Counted from the stretch's first letter, positions 48,682-59,708 are shown. The stretch is 64,000 nucleotides of DNA from an uncultured delta proteobacterium (GCA_963727625.1 CAVSHR010000002.1:32001-96000), one strand, 5' to 3'. Numbers and translations: made by a program. Notes: a model not told the origin generated them from the sequence alone.

Positions 48682-49830
48682 TTAAACGGTTTGAACCGCT
48701 GCGGCGGTTGGAATCGCTGCCGCAGTAACGACTTCCCCTCGGATAAAACTCATCAAGGCGCTCTCGACGTCGTCGGCGTTGTTGACGCGCTTCATACGCC
48801 AGCGGAGCTCCTCGGCGCCGGGGAAATCGCGGCAATACCAAAGCAAATTTTTGCGCATGCCATAAAAGCAGTGGTTCTGCACGACACGTTCATAATGGCG
48901 GCTATGCTCGATCATGACGGCGAATCGGGCGGCGAGATTTACGGCGCGCTGCGCGTTTGCGGCGCCGGTTCCGCATAGCGCCTGTTTGACCTGTTCTTTC
49001 CCGGCGAAGAGCCAGGGATTACCCTGAGCCCCTTGGCCGATGAGCACGCCGTCGACGCCGCTCTCGCGCACACGCCGGTAGACATCCGGCATGCCCAACA
49101 AGTCGCCGTTGCCGAGCAGCAACGTTTGCGTGTCCTTTGTGATCTCGACCGCCTGGGCAATGGCTTCCCAATCGGCCTTGCCCTTATATCCCTGTTGCAA
49201 GGTGCGGCCATGGAGCGTGATCGCGGCCGGCTCTTCTTCGAGCAGCGTCGAGAGCCACTCTTTGACAATGATCCGATCGTAACCGATGCGGGTTTTGACC
49301 GACAGCGGCAGCAATCGTCGCGCCGGAGCCCCATCGCCGCCGGTGCGGCGTCGATTGGCGGCGCTGAATGCCTCGACGGCGCTCGGACGAATGCCGATTT
49401 CCTTGAGGCTCTGACCGTTATGCCAGTCTTGCAGTCCCTGGCGCGCCGCGCGGATGATCTCTCCAGCCAATCTTGGCTCGCGGATCAGCGCCGCTCCGCA
49501 ACCGGCGGCGGCGACTTTCCGCGCCGGGCAACCCATGTTGATGTCCAAGCCGTCGAAGCCGAGCTCGCCGACGATATGCGCGACTTTGTAAAAGAGCTCG
49601 GGCGTCTTGCCGTAGATCTGCGCCGCCACAGGGCGCTCGATCTCCGCATAGGTGAAGTCCTTGAGCATCAGTTCGGGGGCGTAGATTGCCGATTGAATGT
49701 TGACGAACTCGGTGAGCATCACATCGGGCCGGCCATACTTCGCGGTCACGAATCGAAAAGACGCGTCGGTCACCCCATCCATAGGCGCGAGACCGATGAT
49801 CGGCCGGGGAATATCTTGCCAGAAGTTCAT
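48682..49830 (-). CDS. dus: tRNA-dihydrouridine synthase
   Basis: LAPMDGVTD, DINMGCP, SVKTRIG, LHGRT, GNGD. Confidence 0.92.
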   Translation of the reverse strand: MNFWQDIPRPIIGLAPMDGVTDASFRFVTAKYGRPDVMLTEFVNIQSAIYAPELMLKDFTYAEIERPVAAQIYGKTPELFYKVAHIVGELGFDGLDINMGCPARKVAAAGCGAALIREPRLAGEIIRAARQGLQDWHNGQSLKEIGIRPSAVEAFSAANRRRTGGDGAPARRLLPLSVKTRIGYDRIIVKEWLSTLLEEEPAAITLHGRTLQQGYKGKADWEAIAQAVEITKDTQTLLLGNGDLLGMPDVYRRVRESGVDGVLIGQGAQGNPWLFAGKEQVKQALCGTGAANAQRAVNLAARFAVMIEHSRHYERVVQNHCFYGMRKNLLWYCRDFPGAEELRWRMKRVNNADDVESALMSFIRGEVVTAAAIPTAAAVQTV

Positions 49831-50056
49831 GATCAGTCGTCAAAAATAGCATCCGGCATTCACCGCTTCAAATCCGATTACGATAAGAACAGACGGCGCA
49901 ACTTGCCCCCAACCAGGGAAAGGTCGCAACCGCTCGAACGTTTGAAGTTTCCAAATCGATTTTCTTGCGAGCTCGATAACGCAGGTGGTAGACGCCGCGG
50001 CACGATTCGGTGTAAACCGCATTGAAGGCCGAAATAAATTTTCAGGGGGGTACCTT

Positions 50057-50590
50057 ATGGAAGCTGCCGGATTGGTTCTGGATGCGTTGGGACGCGTGCG
50101 CGACATGGTGCGCGCGGCGCTCAAAGATTTGTCGGCCGAAGAACTGCTGTCGCCGCCCAAACCGCATATCGCGTGGCTGGTATGGCATATTGCGCGGGTT
50201 CAGGACGCCAACTTCTCCGGACTGCTCGCGCGCCAGCAGCTTTGGATCGCCGACGGCTGGTATGCGCGCTTCAACATGCCCCCGGATCCTAAAGACTACG
50301 GCTCCGGCCATCGGCAAACGGCGGCGCAAGTGGATGCGTTCACCGTGACGGATAAAAAATTGCTGCTGGATTATCACGACGCGGTATTCGAGCAGACCAA
50401 GGGGTACCTTTCCACCGTTACCAACGCCGATCTGAATCGCGTGCTCGATGAACCGCAATACCAGCCGCTGCCGACGTTGAGCATCCGGCTGGCCAGCGTG
50501 ATCAACTGCAACACGCGCCACGCCGGTCAAATCGAATACCTGCGCGGACTGGTCAAATTCAACGGTTGGTTTCCAGTGGCGGAGAAATAA
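50057..50590 (+). CDS. DinB family protein
   Basis: IAWLVWH.AR.QD ... RHAGQI.YLRG. Confidence 0.85.
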   Translation: MEAAGLVLDALGRVRDMVRAALKDLSAEELLSPPKPHIAWLVWHIARVQDANFSGLLARQQLWIADGWYARFNMPPDPKDYGSGHRQTAAQVDAFTVTDKKLLLDYHDAVFEQTKGYLSTVTNADLNRVLDEPQYQPLPTLSIRLASVINCNTRHAGQIEYLRGLVKFNGWFPVAEK

Positions 50591-50660
50591 ATATCCGTCA
50601 CGGTCTCCGCGGCTTGCGCAAACGTTTCACTTGTTCTCAACTCCCTAAATTGAGGATTGA

Positions 50661-50831
50661 CTTGCGCCAAGCCTGACTTGAGCGAAGTCGAAAGAACGCC
50701 AACGACGCGAACTGACGGATCAGGCCCCGTCATCCCCAACAACACGAGGGGTCTCTGCTCTATGGGGTCGAATTGACAATGCTACCCATTTGCGTGAGAT
50801 AGTTCGGTCTTCGCTTGCGGCTGTACCGCGC
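50661..50831. repeat. Composite intergenic repeat related to the 3361 and 19183 elements
   Basis: CTTGCGCCAAGCCTGACTTGAGCGAAGTCGAA versus CTCGCGCCAAGCCTGTCTTGAGCGAGGTCGAA at 3361. Confidence 0.7.
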
Positions 50832-50938
50832 CGGCTCTCTGTAGTCAGTTCGACGCGGGAAAAAAGGATTGGCAAGTCTTTGAGCACTGAATTAGAGAAA
50901 ACCGCAGCGGTGTCTAAGAATTTTGGAGGACATGGAAT

Positions 50939-51157
50939 ATGAATGTGGTAAAGGTCTTGGGAATGGTTCTGCTCGTTGCCGGCACTCTGGCGCTGGTGTA
51001 TCGCGGCTTCAGCTACACCAAAGACACTCACCAAGCTAAGCTCGGTCCGCTGGAATTTTCGTTAAAAGAGAAGGAGACCGTCAACATTCCGGCTTGGGTT
51101 GGTGTCGGCGCGATCGTAGCTGGAGGCATCCTGCTTCTCGTCCCGGGAAGGAGATAG
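50939..51157 (+). CDS. Small two-TM membrane protein
   Basis: 72 aa: TM-GFSYTK...LGPLE....KETVNIP-TM. Confidence 0.75.
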   Translation: MNVVKVLGMVLLVAGTLALVYRGFSYTKDTHQAKLGPLEFSLKEKETVNIPAWVGVGAIVAGGILLLVPGRR

Positions 51158-51472
51158 CGAGCCGTCGGAAAATTTCGAGCAACAAGGCTCAACTCTCGCG
51201 CTTCGGTCCGCTGATCATCGGTCAAGCCCAAACTCATCATGGCGCCACCGTGCACGGGGTGATCTGGCCCCCCGGAGGCGATTAGCTTAACCAAGCCGGT
51301 GCAATGCGACTTTAGAAGAATTTATTAATCGCTGTTGGGCCGATCATGCGCTGACGAGGCTGGAAAGTTTAGGTCGATTGCGCTAATTGAGAGGCATACG
51401 AGCGAGCGAACCCGGCATACTGAAACGCGCTTGACGATGCAGTTAATGTTGCGAAGGAAGGGAGCTGACACT

Positions 51473-52561
51473 ATGAAACCATTCTTTTCTGGCTTGAGAT
51501 TGCTTGCCATCGCTTGTGGCTTGTTAACGATAAACTCTGCCGATTTACTATGCGCTGCAGCGGCTCAATCGCCTGAAGGAATCTTTGCCGAGCTGGCGAA
51601 GCTAAAGCCGGAACAGCGCGCAAGGCGTATTGAAGAGGGCGCGCGCAAAGAAGGCAAGCTCAACTTCATCCATACTTTTAGAGGCAAGTTGGCTCGCAAC
51701 CATGTGCGCTTGTTCGAGAAGCGCTATCCGTTCGTCAAAGTCGAAATGGCAGACATGGGCTCCCAAGATGCAGCGGAGCGTTTAATCGCCGAAGAAACTG
51801 CGGGCCGCCATCTTACCGACGGACTCAGCCTTGCGGTTCCCGACCTCCCGGTGATTTTGAAGCAGGATCTGTTCGCCAACTATCCGACGCCGGCAACTCA
51901 AAGGATACCGAAAAAGTTCCAGGGGTTTCTGGACAAAGATAACCGCTGGGTGCCCTGGTACTGGAGCGAGCACGGTATTTCCTACAACACAAATTTGATT
52001 CCCGCCGACCAGGCGCCCAAGAGCTGGCAGGATCTCTGCAATCCCGCTTACAAGGGAAAGGTGTCCTTCGATCCGCCCGAGACCCGCTTCATGGTAGGGC
52101 TCTATGTCATGATGGGTGAGGAAAAATTTCAAGCTTGGCTCAAGTGCATGGGAGAAAACCAACCGATCATCCAGCGCGGCCACACGCAGAGAATGAATCT
52201 CATGCTCGCGGGGGATCACGCGATTCAGGGCGACAATTTCCTATACCGCGGCGCGCAGGCAAAGAAAAAGGATCCGAAAACGCCGTACGCGATCGTCTAC
52301 TCCGCGCCTATTCTGGCCTACGCCGGCGCGATCGTCATCAACAAAAAGACTCAGCATCCCTACGCTTCAGCGCTGTTCAGCGATTGGACGCTGTCCGATG
52401 AAAGCCAGAAATACGTCGCCGACGAATTTCGCGGACCGCTTATCGGCAAGCATCCGTATCTTCCCGACAACGTGAACGTGGTGACTTTCGGCTACGTCAG
52501 CGAGGACATCGTCGATCGATTGCACGGCTATTGGAACAAGTACATCGGAAAGAAAAAATAG
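51473..52561 (+). CDS. ABC transporter substrate-binding protein (Fe3+/thiamine/polyamine-like cluster)
   Basis: GGAG RBS, signal peptide, EGARKEG.L, YNT.L....APKSW.DL, HP.AS.LF.DW.LS. Confidence 0.85.
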   Translation: MKPFFSGLRLLAIACGLLTINSADLLCAAAAQSPEGIFAELAKLKPEQRARRIEEGARKEGKLNFIHTFRGKLARNHVRLFEKRYPFVKVEMADMGSQDAAERLIAEETAGRHLTDGLSLAVPDLPVILKQDLFANYPTPATQRIPKKFQGFLDKDNRWVPWYWSEHGISYNTNLIPADQAPKSWQDLCNPAYKGKVSFDPPETRFMVGLYVMMGEEKFQAWLKCMGENQPIIQRGHTQRMNLMLAGDHAIQGDNFLYRGAQAKKKDPKTPYAIVYSAPILAYAGAIVINKKTQHPYASALFSDWTLSDESQKYVADEFRGPLIGKHPYLPDNVNVVTFGYVSEDIVDRLHGYWNKYIGKKK

Positions 52562-52582
52562 CTTGTCCCGTTCGACCACCGG

Positions 52583-54325
52583 ATGAATATGGCAGCCGGC
52601 TCGTCAAGCCCGGGGCGGCGGTTTTCGCTGAACGGTGGCAAGCTCGCGTTGGCGCTGGTTGTTCTGATCCTGGTTTACCAGGTCGTCTTCCCGCTGCTGA
52701 TGGTGCTGTGGACGAGCCTCAAGCTGGAGCGGCCGGGAGAGCCGGGGTTTTTCGACTTGAGCTTCTCGCTCGCCAACTATGTTCGCGCCTTCGGTTCCAG
52801 AGATTTTTGGCAGGCGACTTGGAATACGCTCGGCTTCGCGCTGGTGTCTACGGCTCTCTCATTCGGACTGGGAACCTATCTCGCCTGGGCGGTACATCGC
52901 ACCAACACCCCTTTCGCTCGGTTGATCGGCGTCATCACTCTCGGGCGCATCATCATCCCGGGAATCCTGATCACGGTAGCGTGGATTTTGTTGGCCAGCC
53001 CGAGCATCGGCGTTCTCAATTATGCCCTGGAAGCGCTAACTGGGATCAAGCAAATCCTGAATATCTATTCTTTCTGGGGGATGGTTTGGGTGCATTCCCT
53101 GGAGATGACGCCGCTCGCTTATTTGCTGTTATCCGCGGCGCTGCAAACCATGGATCCGCGTCTCGAAGAGGCCTCCGCCGTTGCCGGTGCGGGCCAGTGG
53201 TCGACGCTCAGGAAGATTGCCCTGCCGCTGGCGATGCCCGCGGTAGGCGCGGCGGTCATGCTGCTGTTGATCTACACCGTAGAGACTTTTGAAGTTCCGC
53301 TATTGCTCGCCGGCCGCGCGCACTTCAGAGTCTATAGCACCGAGATTTATTTCAACACGGCCAGAACGCCGACGGATTGGGGGCTATCGGGTGCCTATTC
53401 CGTCGCCATTCTGATTTTATGCGCGCTTTTCCTGGCCGCTTATTTTCGCCTCGTGCGGCACAGCGAGCGCTACCAAACGATCACGGGCAAAGATTTCCGG
53501 CCGCGCCGCATCGACCTGGGGCGCTGGCGTTATGTCGTTAGCTCCGTTAGCCTGGTGCTGGTGTTTTTGATCACCGGCCTGCCCTTCCTCGTGATGCTCT
53601 ACGCCTCGCTCTTGCGGCGCTATCAGCCGCCGTCGCTCGAGGTGTTTCAGGGCATGAGTCTTGGCAACTATCGGGAGATTCTCGACGATCCCGTCTATTC
53701 CCTGGCCCCGATGTGGAACAGCACTTTGGTCGGTCTGGGTTCGGCGACGGCGGTCATGCTGCTGGTTTCGGTGATGAGCTATTTCGTGCATAAAACGCGA
53801 ATGCGCGGCCGCCAGCTCATCGATTTTCTCGGCTTCGCGCCGGTTGCCATGCCGAGCGTCGTGTTGGGCACCGCGTTTTTGTGGTTCTACCTGTTGGTGC
53901 CGTTGCCCGTCCTGGGCACGCTGACGATTATCTCTCTGGCCTACGTCACGCGCTACATGGCGGTGGCGCTGCGCTTCGTTTCGACATCGATGCTGCAGAT
54001 TCATAAAGAATTGGAAGAAGCGGCGTCGGTGGCGGGCGGCGGATGGTGGAAGAACTTTAGTCGCATTTATCTTCCGTTGATGCGTCCGGGGCTCATGGCC
54101 GGCTGGTTTTGGGTCATGGTGCACGCATACCGGGAGCTGACCATCGCGCTCATGCTGGCGCGTTCGAGCAACCGCACGGCGGCAGTGATCGTCTATGATC
54201 TCTGGGAAAACGGCTCGTTCCCGCAGTTGAGCGCATTCGGCGTGCTGATTTTCGCCTTATTGATCGTCCTGGTCTTAATCGGGCAAACGATCGGCAAACG
54301 ATTCGGCGTGCAGGAGCAGATTTAG
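52583..54325 (+). CDS. FbpB-like ABC permease (duplicated TMD)
   Basis: Two EAA loops (LEEASAVAGA, LEEAASVAGG). Confidence 0.88.
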   Translation: MNMAAGSSSPGRRFSLNGGKLALALVVLILVYQVVFPLLMVLWTSLKLERPGEPGFFDLSFSLANYVRAFGSRDFWQATWNTLGFALVSTALSFGLGTYLAWAVHRTNTPFARLIGVITLGRIIIPGILITVAWILLASPSIGVLNYALEALTGIKQILNIYSFWGMVWVHSLEMTPLAYLLLSAALQTMDPRLEEASAVAGAGQWSTLRKIALPLAMPAVGAAVMLLLIYTVETFEVPLLLAGRAHFRVYSTEIYFNTARTPTDWGLSGAYSVAILILCALFLAAYFRLVRHSERYQTITGKDFRPRRIDLGRWRYVVSSVSLVLVFLITGLPFLVMLYASLLRRYQPPSLEVFQGMSLGNYREILDDPVYSLAPMWNSTLVGLGSATAVMLLVSVMSYFVHKTRMRGRQLIDFLGFAPVAMPSVVLGTAFLWFYLLVPLPVLGTLTIISLAYVTRYMAVALRFVSTSMLQIHKELEEAASVAGGGWWKNFSRIYLPLMRPGLMAGWFWVMVHAYRELTIALMLARSSNRTAAVIVYDLWENGSFPQLSAFGVLIFALLIVLVLIGQTIGKRFGVQEQI

Positions 54326-54596
54326 CGTTAGGCAAACTGGCGGATTGTACGCTCGATCACCCGCTTACAGCACTTATCACCGCGAAGTCGTTCAGTTCGG
54401 TTCAGATCCCTCGCTCCGTCAGACAGCGTGAAAAAGTCTCGGAACCCTTCGACAGCGCTAGGGGTGTGCGGATAAGCACTCAAGTGCTGCTAAAACCGCA
54501 CCGTTCGAGGTGAGCCAGTCGAACCATGAACGGTGGTTTCACCCATCCTGTCGATTGAGTGGACGATTGCCGCTCTTTCAGCAATCTTGGCAACCA

Positions 54597-55457
54597 CTAG
54601 CGGGCTTTATTCGTCTCGTAATACTTGCTTGCCCACGCCGCGATGTCGCCGCGCCGCGCGAACCAAACGTCCTGATGGCTCTTGGCGTAGGAGATGATCT
54701 GCTCAAACGTATCGATCAAGGGAATGCGCGAGCTCAGATAAGCATGGGAGATCACGTTGATCATCGTCGGATTTTCCGTGCCGATCTTGTAGCGGTAGTC
54801 GAATTCATCTTTGAATTTCTCGAAAAAATCTTGGCGCGTGCCTTCTTCCTCCATGCGATGGTCGTTGATCGTATACTGGTGCGGAATCATGGTGAGTATT
54901 TTATCGCCAATCTTTCGGGGATAGGGCATCTCATCGTCGTGGTAGTCGCAATTATAGGTAAGGCCGGCCTCCACAATCAGCTCGAGAGTGTTGTCCGTGG
55001 AACGAACGCCGGGCGACGACCAGCCTGTCGGCCGCTCGCCGGTGACCCGGGTGATCGCTTCCACGGTCTTAAAAATATTATCGCGCTCCTGTTCGCGTGT
55101 GAGCATGTAGAGATACACACCCTGGTCCCAACCATGGGCGATCATCTCATGGCCGCGACGATGTGCTTCTTGGACCAACTCCGGATAATACTCGCAGGTC
55201 AATCCGTTGATCGGCATGCTGACTTTCAAATTGTACTTGTCGCAGATATCGAGCAGCCGGAGCAGGCCGACTTTAGCGCCAAACTCGCGAAAGGTTTCGG
55301 TGGAATAATCGCGCCGGCACACCGCATTGGCGGGGATGGACCCGCGCTGCAATCCCCGGCCGGTGGTCGGCTTGGTGCGGTCCCAAGCTTCGAATGCGAT
55401 ACCGAGCACAAAAGCGACACGCGCTTGGTGGGGCCATGTGAAGGTTTGCTGTGCCAT
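54597..55457 (-). CDS. Polysaccharide deacetylase family (PuuE-like)
   Basis: EFG..VG..RLL, HE..AHG, GW.SP, D...D..PY. Confidence 0.85.
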   Translation of the reverse strand: MAQQTFTWPHQARVAFVLGIAFEAWDRTKPTTGRGLQRGSIPANAVCRRDYSTETFREFGAKVGLLRLLDICDKYNLKVSMPINGLTCEYYPELVQEAHRRGHEMIAHGWDQGVYLYMLTREQERDNIFKTVEAITRVTGERPTGWSSPGVRSTDNTLELIVEAGLTYNCDYHDDEMPYPRKIGDKILTMIPHQYTINDHRMEEEGTRQDFFEKFKDEFDYRYKIGTENPTMINVISHAYLSSRIPLIDTFEQIISYAKSHQDVWFARRGDIAAWASKYYETNKAR

Positions 55458-55618
55458 GTCAATCCTCCGATCTTAAAACGATTGTCAATCGGTAACGAAG
55501 GGCCTTATAACCAAACTGTCGCAAATCGACAAGAAGAAAGGCCCGAGCCCAAGCGAGCTTTAATCGCTGTTGAATCCCCGATCCTATGCGACGAGTGTTT
55601 CCGCCAAACTCAATAAGA

Positions 55619-56800
55619 TCAATTCCCCGGAAAGTTTCTCGGAATCACATCCAGGTACTTGAGTCCGCTCGCAGTGTTAAAAATAAGCACGCTGTCGTCC
55701 GGCTTGATCCAGCCGATCTCCGTCAATCGACGAAGCGCCGCGACGCAGGCGGCGCCCTCGGGGCAGAAGAAGATCCCCTCGGCTTTCCCGACACGGGGGA
55801 TTTCCGCCAGCATGTCAGCGTCGCTGACGCTGAGCGCCGTGCCGCCGCTGTCGCGGATTGCCTGCAAGATTAAAAAATCAGCCACCGCCTGGGGCACGCG
55901 CAGACCCGAGGCGATGGTTCGGGCGTTTTCCCATGGTTCCGCACTCGCTTTGTCTTCATTGAGAGCCTTGACGATCGGCGCGCAGCCGTCCGCTTGCACC
56001 GACACCATACGCGGCCGTGCGCTGCCGATCCAACCCAGTTCTTCGAGCTCCGCAAAAGCTTTCCACATGCCGATCAGTCCGGTTCCGCCGCCGGTCGGAT
56101 AGATAATCACCTCCGGCAAATGCCAATCGAGTTGCTCGGCGATCTCGTAGCCCATGGTCTTTTTGCCCTCAACCCGGTAGGGCTCTTTGAGCGTCGAGAA
56201 ATCGAACCAGCCTTTAGTTTTTTTCTGCTCGGCGATGAGCCGGCCGCAATCATTGATCAGCCCGTCGACCAGTGTGAGTCTGGCGCCATACTGAGCGACC
56301 TCGATTTGATTGGCCAGCGGCGTGTCGCGCGGCATGAAGACATGGGCTTCGATGCCGGCACGCGCTGCATAGGCGGCAAAGGAACCGCCGGCGTTTCCTG
56401 CCGACGGGATCGCGGCCCTTTTGACGCCCAGTTCCTTTGCACGTGAGACCGCCAGAGAAAGGCCTCTGTCCTTGAACGAACCTGTTGGGTTGCGCGCTTC
56501 GTCTTTAATCCAAAGTCGGCGCAGCCCGAGCTCTTTAGCAAGCTTTATCGCGTCCAATAGCGGCGTCCAACCTTCACCCAACGAGATCCGATTGGCCTCG
56601 TGTTGCAGCGGCAAGAGCTCGCGGTAGCGCCACAGGGAAGCGCTCCGACCAGCGAGGCTAGCCTTGGGAAATGCGCTTCGCGCTTTCTCGAGATCGTAGC
56701 GAACCAGCAGCGGCGAGCCGCACGCGCAGAGGTTTAGCACCTCCGATAGGCCGAAGCGTTTTTCGCAGCGGGCGCAAACGATTTTCTGGGCAAACGACAT
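55619..56800 (-). CDS. thrC: Threonine synthase (PLP)
   Basis: N-terminal Cys motifs, LGEG.TPL, NPTGSFKDRG, SAGNAG, PTGGGTG. Confidence 0.9.
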   Translation of the reverse strand: MSFAQKIVCARCEKRFGLSEVLNLCACGSPLLVRYDLEKARSAFPKASLAGRSASLWRYRELLPLQHEANRISLGEGWTPLLDAIKLAKELGLRRLWIKDEARNPTGSFKDRGLSLAVSRAKELGVKRAAIPSAGNAGGSFAAYAARAGIEAHVFMPRDTPLANQIEVAQYGARLTLVDGLINDCGRLIAEQKKTKGWFDFSTLKEPYRVEGKKTMGYEIAEQLDWHLPEVIIYPTGGGTGLIGMWKAFAELEELGWIGSARPRMVSVQADGCAPIVKALNEDKASAEPWENARTIASGLRVPQAVADFLILQAIRDSGGTALSVSDADMLAEIPRVGKAEGIFFCPEGAACVAALRRLTEIGWIKPDDSVLIFNTASGLKYLDVIPRNFPGN

Positions 56801-56984
56801 GGGTGTCAGCTCCAATAGCGTTTCATTAGAACAAATCATAGTCGGGGTCATGTTCGATCCGCAAGTCGCCGAATCAAAAGATGAGCTGCGATTGGAACCT
56901 TTCAGCCGCGTGCAACAATTCAACCGCGAAACTGAGCCTCCCGGCGGAAGTCCGAGTTTGATTGTGTTAAATTACACTCCCATC

Positions 56985-59534
56985 ATGCCGAGGACAGAAC
57001 TGCCAATTATCGAAATCGAGCGGTCGTTGCTCCAAACCCTGAGCTTTCAAAAGCGGTTGGTTCTCACCGCGCCCACCGGCTCCGGCAAATCGACCCAGGT
57101 GCCGCAGATGCTGCTTGATGGCGGCTTGCTGGGAAGTGGCCAAGTGACCATCTTGCAGCCGCGCCGCCTGGCGACGCGCATGCTCGCCGCCTGGGTCGCG
57201 CAAGCGAGGAGTGTAAAACTCGGCGGCGAGGTCGGCTATCAGATGCGTCTCGACAAAGTCGCCTCCGCGGCGACACGAATCTGCTACCTCACCGAAGGGG
57301 TGCTGCTGCGCCGGATGCTTACCGATCCCGAATTGAAAGGTATCAGCGCCGTCGTCTTCGACGAATTTCACGAGCGCCATCTCTACGGCGACATCACCTT
57401 GGCACGCGCGCTGCAGATCCAGGAATCGACGCGGCCCGATCTCATCATTATCGTCATGTCGGCGACCTTGGATGTCGCCCAAATTAAAATAGTCGAGAGG
57501 TATCTCCAACCCTGCGCGGTGCTATCGTCGGAGGGTCGCACTTATCCGGTGACCACTGAATATCTCGCCGAACCATCAAGCGTCGCACCGGTTTGGGATT
57601 TGGCAGTGCGAGAATTAAAGCGTCTCGTCCGCGAGCATCCGCAAGGCGACACGCTTATTTTCATGCCCGGCGCCTACGAGATCGCACGCACCGTGCAGGC
57701 GGCGCGCGACGTGCTCGGGTCAGAGTTCATCGTGTTCCCGCTGCACGGTGAATTACCGCCCAAGGATCAGGATGCGGCGGTGGCGAAGTATGACCGGCGT
57801 AAGATCGTCGTCGCCACCAACGTCGCGGAAACCTCGCTCACCATCGACGGTGTGCGCCTGGTGATAGACAGCGGTCTGGCGCGCATTCCGCGCTACGACC
57901 CGTATCGGGGCATCAACACATTGCTCATCGAAAAAATCAGCTGCGCCGCCGCCGACCAGCGCGCCGGCCGCGCCGGCCGCACCGCGCCTGGTCACTGTTT
58001 GCGCCTATGGACGGCGCATGATCATGGCGGTCGGCCTGCGCAGGAGCTTCCCGAAGTAAAGCGGCTGGATCTCGCCGAGGTGATCCTGACGCTCAAGGCG
58101 AGCGGCGTCGACGACGTGAAAACATTCCGCTGGCTCGAAGCCCCGGACGCGCCCGCGTTGGAGCGCGCCGAGACGCTGCTCGCCGACTTGGCCGCCGTCG
58201 ACGATGCAAGCGGAGCGATTACTGCACTCGGGCGGCGCATGCTGGCGTTTCCGGTCCACCCGCGCTACGCGCGCATGCTGCTCGCCGCGCAAGAGTTCGG
58301 CTGTGTCCGGCCTGTGGCGTTGATCGCCGCGCTGACCCAGGGGCGGGATTTGCTCATGCGCAAACAAGGTGCTCGGGCCGATGACCGGCGCGACGAGATC
58401 TTCGACGGCGAGTCCGAATCGGATTTCTTCGTGCTGATGCACGCATGGCGTTACGCCGAGCGGAACGGATTTCAGATCGATCGCTCCCGCCGCGCGGGTA
58501 TAAACGCGCAGGCCGCGCGCCAGGTCGGACCGCTCTTCGACCTGTTTCTGCGCATCGCCGCAGCGGAGGGATTGGACATCGGTGAAAAGTCGATCGATCG
58601 CGCCGCAGTGCAGCGTTGCTTGCTGGTCGGCTTTCCCGATCATCTCGCAAAACGACTCGACGTCGCCTCACAGCGGTGCGGGCTGGTTTACGGGCGGCGC
58701 GGTACGCTGGCGCGCGAAAGCGTTGTGAAGGCGCCGCTCTTCGTGGTCGCCGAAGTACGCGAGGTGGAAAGCGGCGGCGGCAGGGAGCGAAACTTGAACG
58801 TGGTGCTTAATCTCGCGACCGCGGTCAAAGAGGAATGGCTGCGCGAGCTTTTCCCGGCCGGTTTCACGGAGGTTCAATTCGTCGGCTACGACCCTGCCCT
58901 GCGGCGCGTAGTTTCCCGAACGGAAAAACGATTTCGTGATTTGGTTCTGGAACAGGAAATCTCTGACAAGCTTCCCGTAGACAAAGCCGCGGCGATTCTC
59001 GCGCGCGAAGTGGTTGCCGGCCGCTTGGTCCTCGAGCACTGGAACGAGTCCGTCGAACAATGGATCCTGCGCGTCAATCGCTTGCGCGAATGGATGCCGG
59101 AGTTGGAGTTGCCCGCCATCGCAGATGAAGACCGCGGCGTGATGATCGAGCATATTTGCCACGGTGCGTTTAGTTACAATCAAATCAAGGATCGCGCCGT
59201 GCTGCCGGTGGTCAAGTCATGGTTGTCGCGCCAGCAGCAAGCGTGGATCGAAGAATATGTGCCGGAGCGGATTCAATTACCCAAGGGCCGGATGGTGAAA
59301 GTCGCGTACTCCGCAGACGGAGCGCCGACGATTGCCGCGCGCATCCAGGATCTTTATGGCATCAAAGACGCCCTGTGGATCGCCAACCGCCGTGTCCGCG
59401 TGCGCATCCAAGTCCTCGCCCCCAGCAACCGCCCGGTGCAGATCACCGAAAACCTGGCGGATTTCTGGCGTGAGACGTATCCGAAGTTGAAACAGCAGCT
59501 GCAGAGACGGTATCCGAAGCACGAGTGGCGGTGA
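56985..59534 (+). CDS. hrpB: ATP-dependent RNA helicase HrpB
   Basis: APTGSGKST, DEFHER, MSAT, ATNVAETSLTI, QRAGRAGR, C-terminal RPVQIT..L..FW...Y......RYPKH.W. Confidence 0.93.
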   Translation: MPRTELPIIEIERSLLQTLSFQKRLVLTAPTGSGKSTQVPQMLLDGGLLGSGQVTILQPRRLATRMLAAWVAQARSVKLGGEVGYQMRLDKVASAATRICYLTEGVLLRRMLTDPELKGISAVVFDEFHERHLYGDITLARALQIQESTRPDLIIIVMSATLDVAQIKIVERYLQPCAVLSSEGRTYPVTTEYLAEPSSVAPVWDLAVRELKRLVREHPQGDTLIFMPGAYEIARTVQAARDVLGSEFIVFPLHGELPPKDQDAAVAKYDRRKIVVATNVAETSLTIDGVRLVIDSGLARIPRYDPYRGINTLLIEKISCAAADQRAGRAGRTAPGHCLRLWTAHDHGGRPAQELPEVKRLDLAEVILTLKASGVDDVKTFRWLEAPDAPALERAETLLADLAAVDDASGAITALGRRMLAFPVHPRYARMLLAAQEFGCVRPVALIAALTQGRDLLMRKQGARADDRRDEIFDGESESDFFVLMHAWRYAERNGFQIDRSRRAGINAQAARQVGPLFDLFLRIAAAEGLDIGEKSIDRAAVQRCLLVGFPDHLAKRLDVASQRCGLVYGRRGTLARESVVKAPLFVVAEVREVESGGGRERNLNVVLNLATAVKEEWLRELFPAGFTEVQFVGYDPALRRVVSRTEKRFRDLVLEQEISDKLPVDKAAAILAREVVAGRLVLEHWNESVEQWILRVNRLREWMPELELPAIADEDRGVMIEHICHGAFSYNQIKDRAVLPVVKSWLSRQQQAWIEEYVPERIQLPKGRMVKVAYSADGAPTIAARIQDLYGIKDALWIANRRVRVRIQVLAPSNRPVQITENLADFWRETYPKLKQQLQRRYPKHEWR

Positions 59535-59708
59535 TCGACCAGTGTATGGTGTCGTTGTATCGGTTCAGGAAAATTGACTGGAGGTCGGAATCATTGTAGA
59601 TGTCGGCCATTGTGAGGCTTGATAAGAAGTTTCGTAGTTTAATCGGTATACTCGCGAATTAGGTTACTAATCCATGCGGCGAAATTTTTCGGAGCCGGAT
59701 CGAAAGTC

